From positions 878,103 through 942,102 of the forward strand of contig RHPI01000277.1 of assembly GCA_009103225.1 (NCBI GenBank): 64,000 nucleotides of DNA, written 5' to 3'. Positions within the stretch are counted from its first letter, which is position 1; every line of letters begins with the position of its first letter. Under the pieces are notes generated by a model. It saw nothing but the letters and a program-made list of their open reading frames with translations, was not told the DNA's origin and did no database searches. The stretch comes from Chlorokybus atmophyticus (Eukaryota > Plantae > Mesostigma and Chlorokybus algae). A program made the translations under genes and the position numbers. Positions 38,315-49,700 of the stretch are shown piece after piece.

Positions 38315-38933
38315 ATGCAGCCGCCGCCGTCGCCGCCCTATCATCCGCCTCCGGGCTACTACCCGCCAGGCTACACTGCCCCGTCTGTAAGCTAACCTGT
38401 GCATGTGTATGCATGCATAACTGCGGGCATTGGAAGAGTCAAGCACCAGCGGTTGCAATGTCAGGGTAATCAGAGAGGTTATTACCCTCCAGTGGGCGAC
38501 TACCCGCCTCCTGCTGCAGCAGCACCATACGGTTATCCACCGCCGGCTGCCTACCCTCCACTGCCTCCGCCAGGTGGCTACTATCCAGCAGCATACCCTC
38601 CGCCAGGTCAGGACACATGTACGACTGCATGCATGTATCACTTCTTACTATCACTCACATGCACAAGGAAACAACACTAGCCACGCCAACCACGCAAGCC
38701 CACAGGCTGTCACGCCCTATAGCTAGGTTTACACACACACACATTGCGTCTTGCGCGTAGCTGGCCATCATCACCCCGGAAAGATGGGTGAAGCGGTGCT
38801 TGCGGCTGGGGCTGGGGCGGCGGCGGGAGCAGCGGTGGCGCATCACAAGCGGGGCCCCAAGATGCGACCTGGCATGATGATGCGCCCAGGGAAGTTCAAG
38901 GGCAGGAGAGGCTTTGGCAGGGGTTTCAAGTAA
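38315..38933 (+). CDS. XYPP-repeat glycine/proline-rich protein (GPRP-like), copy A, intact
   Basis: Three exons: MQPPPSPPYHPPPGYYPPGYTAPS / GNQRGYYPPVGDYPPPAAAAPYGYPPPAAYPP... / HHHPGKMGEAVLAAGAGAAAGAAVAHHKRGPK...GKFKGRRGFGRGFK*. This is the XYPP + hydrophobic + basic Gly/Lys layout of plant GPRPs. Confidence 0.75.
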
Positions 38934-40571
38934 GACAGGTGTCAACAAAGCACGCACCGGAGAGTTGCTGGTTGGTCTTTGTCCATGCACGTGGCTGATA
39001 TAGGAGTGTTTCCTTGGTGTGGGTTTGTTAGCAAGTTTGAGCGCTGCGAGTTTGTGAAGGCCGTGCTGCTAGTTACCAACATGAAAGGATATCTCAGCTA
39101 CACAAAGAGAAACATCTAGCAACATGTACATAGGCTTGCGTTCCTGTTTGTATGCTGTCTGTGTTGTTGTCATCTGCTTGCATGCATGAGACTTACGACA
39201 TGCATGCGTTCAACTGCAGGGTGCCTTTGTTAAGGCATGCCATTGCAGCATGAGCATGTGATGTTCAACAAGTAGTGCGCCTCGCCTTAGAGCACATGCG
39301 TGTTCTATGCATGCGCATTCGCATCTTGCATTCTATGTACACCGCTGCTGCTTGTCCTGGTAAGCAACAGTGGATGCATGCATGCATAACGGGGTGAGGG
39401 GTAGTAGGAGTAGAGTAAAGCAGTGGGTAGATGAGCATGTATGACAATGGGTGATATTGCTGTGAGATTGATGTAAATACAATGTGGCGTGCGTATGCGC
39501 ATGCATTTGACATGCAAGGAGTGTGACTTGCAGACAGTCTGCAACTCACAATCACCATCAACATGTTTACCACCGGGTTTCTACTCTATTTCACTACTAC
39601 TACCAACACTAACACCACCACCCCGTTAGCCATGCATGACATGCACGTACTGGTCATCACCTGCACAACGTGCAGCTAGCAGTTAGTCATGGTCAACAGC
39701 GCCAGCCGGCCGGCAGCAACAGCGGACGGACTCCCCCTCCCTTTTCTCGCCAGCATCACCCTCGCCCCTCCATTTGCTGCTGCCTTGGCGTGTGTGCACA
39801 GTGCGAGAGCTTATGCATGCTGAACATATGCGAAGCACTCACTGCATGCTGCATTGGTCTCTTAGCCTTCTGTGTACAAGCATGTTCGTAATGCCGCATT
39901 ATGCACATGCTACAAGGATGCAGAGCGCAGCACTCTGCATCCTTATACATAAGGTCTAGCTTTTTCACACGCCATCTTCACCTGTCGGCGTGTTCAATGT
40001 TTCGTAATTGCGGAAACTCTCGCCATACACATCTACACTGTTTGCATGTACATGCACATGCAAACAATGTTCTATTTCTTACAGTATGCACGCGACGGCC
40101 AAAGGAAGCAGCAATTTAGAAGACGAGCCGTGTACAGCTTGGCGGAGTGTTGCATGCGTGGTGTGGACTGAATGGGCATACCCCTCTCGCATTTTCTGTA
40201 CATATGTCTATTGAGTGCCGAAAAAGCACAGAGCTAGAGGCAAGGCACAGAGACAAGGACACAGCTTTACACTCTAGCAAGGGCATACACTGTGCCACAT
40301 AGTATGTGGCACGAGCTATGTGCTTGGCTGAAGGCGATGGTACATATAAGGGGTATGGTACTGTGCCAGCATGCATGGTGTGCGGACACTGTGAAATGGC
40401 ATGCATCGCCACAAACCTTCACAACTCATCACATAGCAGTCACCACCGGGCTAGTACTACGGCCACTTGCTGCGCTATGCTGCGTTTAGCGCGCTATGCT
40501 GCTCTACCTAGCGTGTACAAATAGGTGCTGCTGCCATGAAGCAGGCGAGCGCAGTCGTGCAGCTAGCAGCT

Positions 40572-41359
40572 ATGCAGCCGCCCTACCTTTTTTCCGCCAC
40601 CAGGCTACTACCCGCGAGGCTACTGCACCACCTGTAGTATTAGTAAGTTAACCTTTGCAAGCATGCATGCATGCATGTAGAGCAGTGCCCGAATAGAGAG
40701 TGCAAAGCTATCACAGCCACCAGTACAGTCACAACACATACACGGTGTCAACAAGCAGGCTACGTGCAGCGAATAGAGAGTAAAGTCCAGCGTTTTCAGG
40801 TTGAAAAACGAGGTTATTACCCACCAGCAATGCCTTATCCGCCTCCTGCCGCAGCACCATACGGGTATGCACCGCCGGCTGTCTACCCTCCACCCCCTCC
40901 ACTAGCTAGCTACTACCCAGAATATTACCCTCCGCAAGGTCAGGGCCGTCGCACAAGTCCACCTGCATGCATGCACGTCACTCAAACATGCACAAGGAAG
41001 CCGCACTGTCGGTGGCAGCGACAGTTTTTGTCGAACACAAGGCCTGCCTTACCTTGTAGCTAACCTCTCGCTCTCTCGCTCTCTCTCAAATACACACACC
41101 TTGTCTGTTGCGCGCAGGTGGGCGTCACCATCACCTGTCAAGCACTGGTGACGTGCTACGTGGAGCGGCGGTGGGAGTGCTGGCGATGGGAGCGTTCGAG
41201 CATTTTGAGCGAGAGAACTTCTGGAGCGACCACGAGTGGGGGCTTCTATTAAGAGGGGTGTCAACAAGCTTTGAAGAAAGGTCTTTTGTTTTGTTGGTTT
41301 GCCCGCCAGGGGTTGGACCCCTGGCGGTGAAAACGGTTGTGTCCTTGGTGTGGTTCTGA
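40572..41359 (+). pseudogene. GPRP-like paralogue, copy B, probably disrupted
   Basis: Same 3-exon layout. A T6 run at 40588-40593 shifts exon 1 out of frame (could be a homopolymer error), the first donor is weak, and the stop seen in copy C is lost so the frame reads through former 3' UTR. Confidence 0.6.
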
Positions 41360-42104
41360 ATTGGTTGGAGAGTTGTGTGCTGAGAGGCAGCGCTGTGGCT
41401 GCCAACAACATCAATGAGAGAGTCTCTCAGCAGCACGACAGAAAACGGGCATGCACTTCATGTCCACGTCCATGTACAGGCATGTACGTGTTAATGTTTT
41501 TAGGCTTGTAGTGTCATTTGCATGTTCACTCGTTTGTTCAATTATATGTTGCCTTTGCACAACATGCCAGTGCAGCACAGACATGTGATGTGATTCCATT
41601 CTGTACTCCCCCGCTAGCACATGGCTTGCTTGCCAAGCCCTGACGCGGCGCCATATCATGCGCTACTATGTGGTAATGTCTGCTGTTGCTGCTGACATGT
41701 CATACCAGACACATAGACATGCCGACATGCATTGATGGTATTTACCTATAGTAGCTATGCATCTTGGGCTGAAGCACAGCAGGGAGGGTTGACACCATCA
41801 AGCTGAGGCGCCCCGTAGCCTGGACGAGAGTGTTGTAGTGTATCCAGTTGTTACATGTTACTGTGTATCAGACTTTACGTGCCTGTACTCCTATTGGCAT
41901 AATATACATTTATGCATATAAAGCTCCTCGGCAAGAAACACGCAACAGGTCACCGAGTTCACCCGAACACCGTATTATTGAATACGGGGGCGGTAGTGAC
42001 TACAGCCCCCCCTCCCCCACCCCCCAACCCAACCCATCCACCCAAACGCGTTAATAGAATGACAACTCCTACTGTATGTACGGATGCACAGACAAAAGGC
42101 CCAC

Positions 42105-42107
<3 letters not shown>

Positions 42108-42160
<53 letters not shown>

Positions 42161-42390
42161 GGGGGGGGGGGCAACGANNNNNNNNNNNNNNNNNNNNNNN
42201 NNNNNNNNNNNNNNNNNNNNNNNNNNNNNNNNNNNNNNNNNNNNNNNNNNNNNNNNNNNNNNNNNNNNNNNNNNNNNNNNNNNNNNNNNNNNNNNNNNNN
42301 NNNNNNNNNNNNNNNNNNNNNNNNNNNNNNNNNNNNNNNNNNNNNNNNNNNNNNNNNNNNNNNNNNNNNNNNNNGGGGGGGGGGGGGGGA
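42108..42390. repeat. (GA)n and poly-G tracts flanking an N gap (42178-42374)
   Basis: About 21 GA units, a G run, the N gap, then another G run. Confidence 0.95.
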
Positions 42391-43750
42391 TGGTAAATGT
42401 AAAGACGAGGGCCCTGTGTTTGGAGGTGTACGGGGTGCTTTGGCATACGTGATTAGAGTGGACATGCGCACTCTGTTGATGTATGTACGCAGCCATTAGC
42501 ACATAGCATTCCATTACACCGCCAAGCTATGTGCTTATGCTGACTCCATTACCCCTACCCACAACCCACAGTTGTTGTAGTACCTGCCACGCAGCCGTCA
42601 CGTTAGTAAGTCGCCTCCACACATACGCGGCGCACGATGCCTCCGGTCGCCACCACTCTCAGCCTCTGTACATATCAGATATATACGGTATTTAGATATG
42701 AGGTTATGCATGTTTAATATGCAGGGTAAACCGCATTAGTAGCCACCAAGCTTTCCCCCTTCTCGCCACACACCGCAACCAACATGTATATATACAAAGC
42801 ACAATTTACAATACATTACAGGTTACCAAAACGAACGCCTTAGCTGCACGCAACTAACTCCGAGACAACGCCACAACAAACACCGTAAACACCCCCTCAT
42901 AGCAGAAAGTTCCCGCAGCCTGGGCCTACGGGCAGCCTCCTTATTATGAAGATAGCTCTCTATACATATGTACACGGGCGCGGACACGCGGACGTGTGGC
43001 AGGTATTATGGCAATGCCTGCTACTGTGGGGGGTTACATGTTAAGGTAGTGAAGATTAGCAGCACCACATAGCCTTGCGGTGTTGAATGCAATGTGTTGG
43101 TGAGTATGCATGGTGCTAAAGCTAGCATGAGTGTATGCATGCTTGTATTATAGCTTAATGATGGGACAGCGTGCTCATGCATTGATATGCTAGCATGCGT
43201 AGCTGCCTACCAAGTACACACTCTCACATTTCCACGGTTACCACTACCCACATTACTCACATGACATGACGCCCAGCGTCACGTGTGCAGCATACTTTGT
43301 ACACCTCCTTAACAGGCCCTGTTGCCAAAAGCGCTGGACCTGTCAGACAAAGTCGTCTCCGGCACGATAAGGAAATAATTGACAACTACTCAGCACTGTG
43401 GCATGAACATGTACACGCGTACATTACATCGCACGCCACAGCATTAAGCTGCCGTGTCGTGACACACGTCACCACGGTAAATTTGGCTTTGCTGAAGCCT
43501 GTGCAAACGAAGCCTGTACAAAACTGGGTGGCACTGCCATGATGAGAAGCCGTGAACGTTGAGGCGTCATGTTTAGCATACACATTGGAAAGTTAAGGCA
43601 CTGGCACTCTCCTGTCAACGCACACATCCGATGAGTTAACGATGACAGCAATGACGGCTTTGTGCCAGGCGACGTTGCCGATAGCGGCGTATATAAGAAG
43701 GATGCCAAGCAGGTTAGTGAGCATTAGTTGTGAAGGTGCAGCTAGCAGCC

Positions 43751-44315
43751 ATGCAGCCGCCCTACGATTCGCCTTAGGGCTACTATCCGCCATACTACAC
43801 AGCACCGCCTGTGGTAATCGTAAGTTTGGCCTGTGCAAGCAAGCATGCATGCATGCTTGAGTAAGGAGTCAATGCTACCGTTTGCAGGAGGAGGTTGCTG
43901 ATGAGAGAGGCTATTACCCACAGCCGGAGACGTATCCGCCTCCTCCGCCAGGTGGCTACCAAGCAAAATACCCTCCGCCAGGTCAGGGCCTTCCGCACCT
44001 GCCTGCATGGTTTGTGCACGCGTGCATGCAACACGCCTTGTCATTCACATGCACAACAGCAAGGAACACAAGATACACTGGCAACACAAGGCCTTAATTT
44101 GTGGCTAAGTACACGCACACTACTTGTCACGATCAACTTTGCTGCCTACACACAATGTTATGCTTGCACGCACTATTTGTCTGTTGCGTGCAGCTGGGCA
44201 TTATCACCACCACCTCAAGGAGGGTGAAGTGGTGTTGGGAGCGACGGTGGGTGTGGCGGCGTTGGAGCACTACAAGAAGGAGAAGCATAAGAGAGAACAC
44301 GAGTGGGGCAACTAA
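43751..44315 (+). pseudogene. GPRP-like paralogue, copy C, premature stop in exon 1
   Basis: ATG CAG CCG CCC TAC GAT TCG CCT TAG (TAG 43775-43777, where copy A has CCG); exons 2-3 are open (ERGYYPQPETYPPPPPGGY... / HYHHHLKEGEVVLGATVGVAALEHYKKEKHKREHEWGN*). Shares upstream TTAAGGCACTGGCACTCTCCTGTCAA with copy A (38157 and 43594). Confidence 0.6.
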
Positions 44316-45404
44316 TAAGGTGTCAACAAGCTTACAAAAGAACGGAATTTGCCAGTCAGAAGGTTGAAGATTGGTTGTGTCTAAAGTGTGAGCTTGGTTG
44401 TTGGAGAGATGCGTTAAGAGGCGGATTTGTAAGTGACAACAAGAGTCTGTCAGTATCACCCTCGACAAGGCATGCAACATGTACACAAGCTTGTGGACTT
44501 TGTTGCTCAGCTATCTCATTGGCTGTCCTTTGTGTGTGTGTGTTCAATAACGTGTTTTAATAGCGTGTGTTGAAGTGAGTGGTGCCTTTGCACAGCACAC
44601 CAGTGCAGCACAAACTCATCATGTGATGTAATGTTGTGCGCCCCTACTTTAGCGCGCGCAAGGCTTGCTTGCCTGGCGTCATCTTGTTGTTGGCCCTCCA
44701 GTTGTGGTGGTGATGCCTGATTTACGTTTCTGCCGACAACACATACGCCGCGAGCGGCATGCACACATGCATTTTTCGCATCCACACTGCTTATGTGCAG
44801 GCCAAGCACAGCAGGGAGGGCTGATGCTGTGAATTGAATGCTAAGAACCCTTCAGCTAGCACACGAGAGTTACAGTTAAAGTATCAAGTCGCACGCCATT
44901 TTGCACTAGTCTCCAATTGCACGCATAGGTAAGAAGAGGGGCTTGCATGTACTCCTGTTCATGATAAATTTAAAGCTTTTCAACAAACATACTACAGCTT
45001 ACCGAATGTATGCTTAATTGTAAATGTTATACCACAACTTGCAGCCACCAAGCTTTGCCCCACGCTGCCACCACAACCAACATGCATAGTTAACACTAGA
45101 TCGTGTTGGTTGAGGAATGCAAAATCTACATAAACTGCGCGCAATCGAACCAAGACAATGCCACAACATATATCCCGAACATTCTCCATCGGCAAAAAGT
45201 TCCTGCAGCCTGCGCGCAGCTTCTTAATGTTGGCCCTCAAGCTGTTTCCAAACATAATGGCCCTGACAAAACCCTCCCCAGCGGGGCCAAACCCGCTTGC
45301 AAACAAGGTTACAATATGTGCATGCATATTACCTGCACACCACATCTGTTAAATACACTTGCATGATGCATACTGACTGCACATAATGCCTGCATCAGTG
45401 CATG

Positions 45405-45498
45405 CCGGTCGCAGTTGAAGCGTCACGCTTCAACTGCGACCGGTCGTTAGTGCACTGCCAACACCGCGACGGTCGCGGTGTTGGCAGTGCACTAACGA
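45405..45498. repeat. Two abutting perfect palindromes
   Basis: 45405-45443 (18-bp arms, TCA loop) is immediately followed by 45444-45498 (27-bp arms, 1-nt centre). Confidence 0.92.
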
Positions 45499-46740
45499 TA
45501 CATTGAAACCCGGTTAGGGCTCAACATAAAGAGTCGCGGTACCAAAAGCCGGCGGCCATAGTTAGTTATTGCCCGCATGGCAACTTGCTGACTGTGGTGT
45601 CTCTCCCCTTCAGATGATGAATCGGGGTTAAGTGTGGGGTTGTCGACTCTATGGGCTATGGATGTCGTTGTGTGGAGCACCGCTAATGTGGCACGTTGCT
45701 TCACCATGCATGCAGGTGAGTAATATTACTGATGGTGTGGGCGTGCGTGCATAGCATAGCACAGGGTTGTGACAACATACTAAGGGCTTGGTCCAGCTCT
45801 GATGCTTGAGCACGCTCGTAGCACGCAATCTTCACATGGCACAGCATGGCATTATGTGCACTATATTGCGATGCCATGTGCCTGCACAAATTACAAAAGC
45901 CACACGTGAGCTGCAATAACTTGCTTACTCTAGGTCACGCCCATAGCTACCAGCTTATAGTATAAGGCTGGCCAAAGCCCTTCTCTGTCTCTTACTTACG
46001 TAGTAGGAAGTATCCAGTGAGGATTTAGCATGATAAACACGTGTAGTGCTTGTGGTGTGTGCTCATGCGGGCTACTCCTGAGCCAATGCGGCCTTGGGTA
46101 TGATTAACTATGCAAGGCATGAGTGAGCTAGCACAGCCTGTGCTAGCTCACTCAGCGGTTGATGTGACTTGGTCTGTCCATGTCACATCCATACGACTCA
46201 CATCCTGTTGTCAAGGGAGCTGCTATGCAATTAGTCATGAAGCAAGAGATGAGATTGGCTTCTCCAACAAGCTAAGAGGCTCCTGGTTGGTCGACGCAGT
46301 AGTGGAAGGCATCGGGCCTTATCATTCATTGTGTTAGGTCCGAGGGCAGCAAGGGGGAGCGTAGGACGGTGGGCCAACGTGTTGGACATCACATCGTTGG
46401 GGAGACTCTGGTCTTGTGTGTAGGGTGCCTAGCCTTAGTTGTTTAAGGCGCCCTGTCGGGTCGAGGGGAGTCGAGGGTCACGCTGTCTCGGACAGCTGCA
46501 TGGACAGCCATGCTGGGCTGGACATGCTGCTGCGCCACCTGTGTAACGCGTAGCAAAAACAGAAAGATGACCTCAACCCTCATGGTGACAAGTGCTTCGT
46601 GCAGCTGGTGTACTGCTGCTGGGTAGTACGGGCAGATGGAGTCGGTGTTCTCCCTAAGAACATGCTGTGCTGTAGCATACAAAGTCAACAAGCCACCCCC
46701 CCTGGGCTCTGGGGAAGGTCCCAGCTCCAGAGCTCAGCTG

Positions 46741-49700
46741 CTAACGCAAGCGAGGAGGGCCGTTGGTACGGCAATCGTCGCACCAATACTCCTCCATAGG
46801 TATCGTGTCCAAAGGTGGCTCCAGGCAGTAGCAATGCAGGCCCTTGTTGCAGCCATCGTAGAGCATCATGAGTGCGTCGTCGCCGGCGCTGCCGCAGTGT
46901 TCACAGCGTGTGCTGCGCGCGAGACGAGGGTGCTGGATACGCCCGAAGCCGGCTACGTAAGGAAGGTGACATTGCGCACAGTTCACCATGTTGTCCTTCA
47001 ACCTCTCTCCGTTTCGACCAAGGAGGTCCAGCACCCCTGTGGGGTACACTTTGAGTACCTTGTAGACGGTGCGGCCTACGGAGGTGTCAAGCGTGTCTTT
47101 GGTGGCTGCCATGCGATAGGCAAAGTCCCCCGCTTGGAACCGCCGTTGGCGCTCCTTGTAGAAGCCACTGCGTACGCGCTCGTAGCGCAGCGTGTCGCGA
47201 TGCTGCGCGATGCGCAGGTTGTTGAAGGCCATGGGGACGGTGCGCTCGGAAAGCGCGGCGCGCGTGGTGATGTCGTGGTGCATCCAGTCAGGGTCGTCGA
47301 GGTTGTTCACGACGCGATCCACCTCCTGCTGCGCATGGAAGGGGAGCAATGGTGGTCGCCCGAATAGCAGGTAGTACGGGCTGTACTCCCGCAGAGCCGC
47401 CTGCTTTGACAATCGATATTCAAGGGCCACTCACGGGAGGTGGTCATCCCAAGTGTTCTTCTCGTACTCCAGCACGTATTTGCGGAGTGCCTTCTTGATG
47501 GTCTGTAGTGTACGCTCGGCGAGGCCGTCGGCTTGAGGGTGATCACGCGAGGTACGGCGGTGGTCAATGTAACATTTGTCCAAGAGGGTGTTGATTTCCC
47601 CTCTGAACTCAGCACCTTGGTCAGTGATGACCTCGGCGCAGCTGCCAAATCGGCTGAGAACGTGAGAGAGGAAGGCTTGAGACACCCCCCTGCTGCTCTT
47701 GTCGGGTAATGGCACCAGCTCCACCCATTTGGAGAAGTGCTCGATCATGACCAGGATGTAACGGTTGCCACGTGCTGAGGGTGCCAAGTCCCCCACGATG
47801 TCGAGTCCCCATCGGTAAAAGAGACCGGAGATGGGGAGTGGGTGCAAGGTGGCGCTACGCGTGTTGTAACTGGCGCGCACCATGTCACACTGCTGGCAGT
47901 GGCTGACGAACCTTTGCACCTGTTTTGTTAATCCATACCACCAATATTGTGCCCTCACTAGGCTGACTGTACGCTTGACACCGAAGTGTCCAAGCTCAGT
48001 GTGGAGGGAAGTGATGATGCCCTCGCGCGTGACTGGTGTCGGCACTTCCTTGTCTTCGTCGTGGAAGCGGCGATACAGCTTGTCACCTGCCCATCGATAG
48101 TGACGGGTGCGTTGGTTGACCCGATCCTTCTCTCGAGCGCTCATGCCGGAGGGAAGCTGGCCACTTTGAAGAAAGGAGAGTGATGGCTTGTCCTGCCATA
48201 TGTCCTGCCTGGTGTCAGTGGGCGCCAGCTCTGTGTCATCAACGTCAATGTCGGCTGCGTGGGCGTCTCCCAAGGGTGTGGTTGCCGCAGGGTCGATAGA
48301 CTCAAGGGCAGGAATCTCCTCTTCCACTGCTGAGGCCGTGGTGTTGGTCTTGCGCCCCTGAGCGCAACGCGGCAGCAGCAAACATGGCTGCCATGGTGGG
48401 GGATGTTGCTGCAGGGATGAGCTCATGCCGAGCTCCGGTTGCGTCGTTGGTGCTGAAGTGAGGGTTGCGACTGAGGCCATCGGCGTCTTGGTTGGTGAGG
48501 CCAGCGCGGTGGTCAGTCTCAAAGTCGTATTCCTGCAACAGCAGGGCCCATCGAGCAAGTTTCCTTGTCAGATGTTGGTTGGTCATCAGCCACTTGAGGG
48601 GCTGATGATCGGTAATCAGTTAAAACTGTCGACCAAAGAGGAAGGGTCGGAAGAAGGAGATGGCCCACACTGCAGCGAGGCACTCCCCTTCGTTGCTGCT
48701 GTAGTTGGCCTCGGCGCTGTTGTTGCTTCGGCTGGCGTATGACACCACCCGCTCCTTCTTGTTCTCATCGTGCTGCACCAGCACCGCTCCCATCCCCAGC
48801 TTGCTCCAGTCGGTGTGAAGGATGAAAGGCTTGGCGTAGTCCGGACGTTGAAGGATGGGAGCGCTGGTGAGCCTGCTCTTCAGCTCCTTGAAGGCCTGCT
48901 GTTGTCGGCTCCTTCCACGCGAACTCCACCTCCTTCTTCAGTAGCTCGTTGAGGGGCCTTGCGATCTCCGCGAAGTCCTTCACGAACCGGCGATAGTAGT
49001 TGACCAGTCCCAAGAAAGCGCGCAGATGTGTGAGGTCTGTCGGGGCAGGGATAGCTGCCAGAGCCTCTACTTTTGCCTGCTGCACATACACACCATGGGG
49101 CACAATCATGTGCCCTATGTATGGCACCTTGTGGGTGAAGAAGGTACACTTGTCGGGGTGTACGGTCATCCCCACTCCCTTGAATCGTTCCAGCACCGCT
49201 TCGATGTGCTGAAGATGCTCCTCGTTGCTGCGTCTGAAGATGAGGATGTCATCGATGTAGCACCGCGCGCAGTCCAGCCCCTTCAGGGCTTTGTCCATGA
49301 CGCGTTGAAACTTGGCGGGGGCATTCTTCAGCCCGAACGGCATTACCTTCCATTGGTACAACTGTCGGATGCCCCAGAAGGAGGTCTTGTGCTTGTCCTC
49401 GTCCTTGATGGCGATTTGGTTGTACCCCTGACGCATGTCCAGGATGCTGAAGACTGTGCAGTCTCCCACATCATCAAAGATACCCTCTGCTGTGGGCATG
49501 GGGTACCGGTCTTGCTTGGTCTTGTTGTTGAGGGGGCGATAGTCGCCACACATGCGTCGCTCTGTCCAGTTGCCTGCTGAATCCTTCTTCAGTGGCATGA
49601 CGGTTGCTGCTGCTAAGTCCGATGTGGACTCTTCGATAAGGCCTGCATCAAGCAGAGCCTTACATCTCTGTTCCACCAAGTCTTCTTCCAACTTGGAGAG

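Noticed and set aside
43775-43777. In-frame TAG as evidence for a variant genetic code (TAG=Gln)
   Set aside because: CCP1 and the HMGA-like gene terminate at TAG and GPRP copy A at TAA, so the standard code applies.
46636-47367. 243-aa plus-strand ORF, and other plus-strand ORFs across 46600-63900
   Set aside because: Antisense shadows of GC-rich retrotransposon pol/gag.
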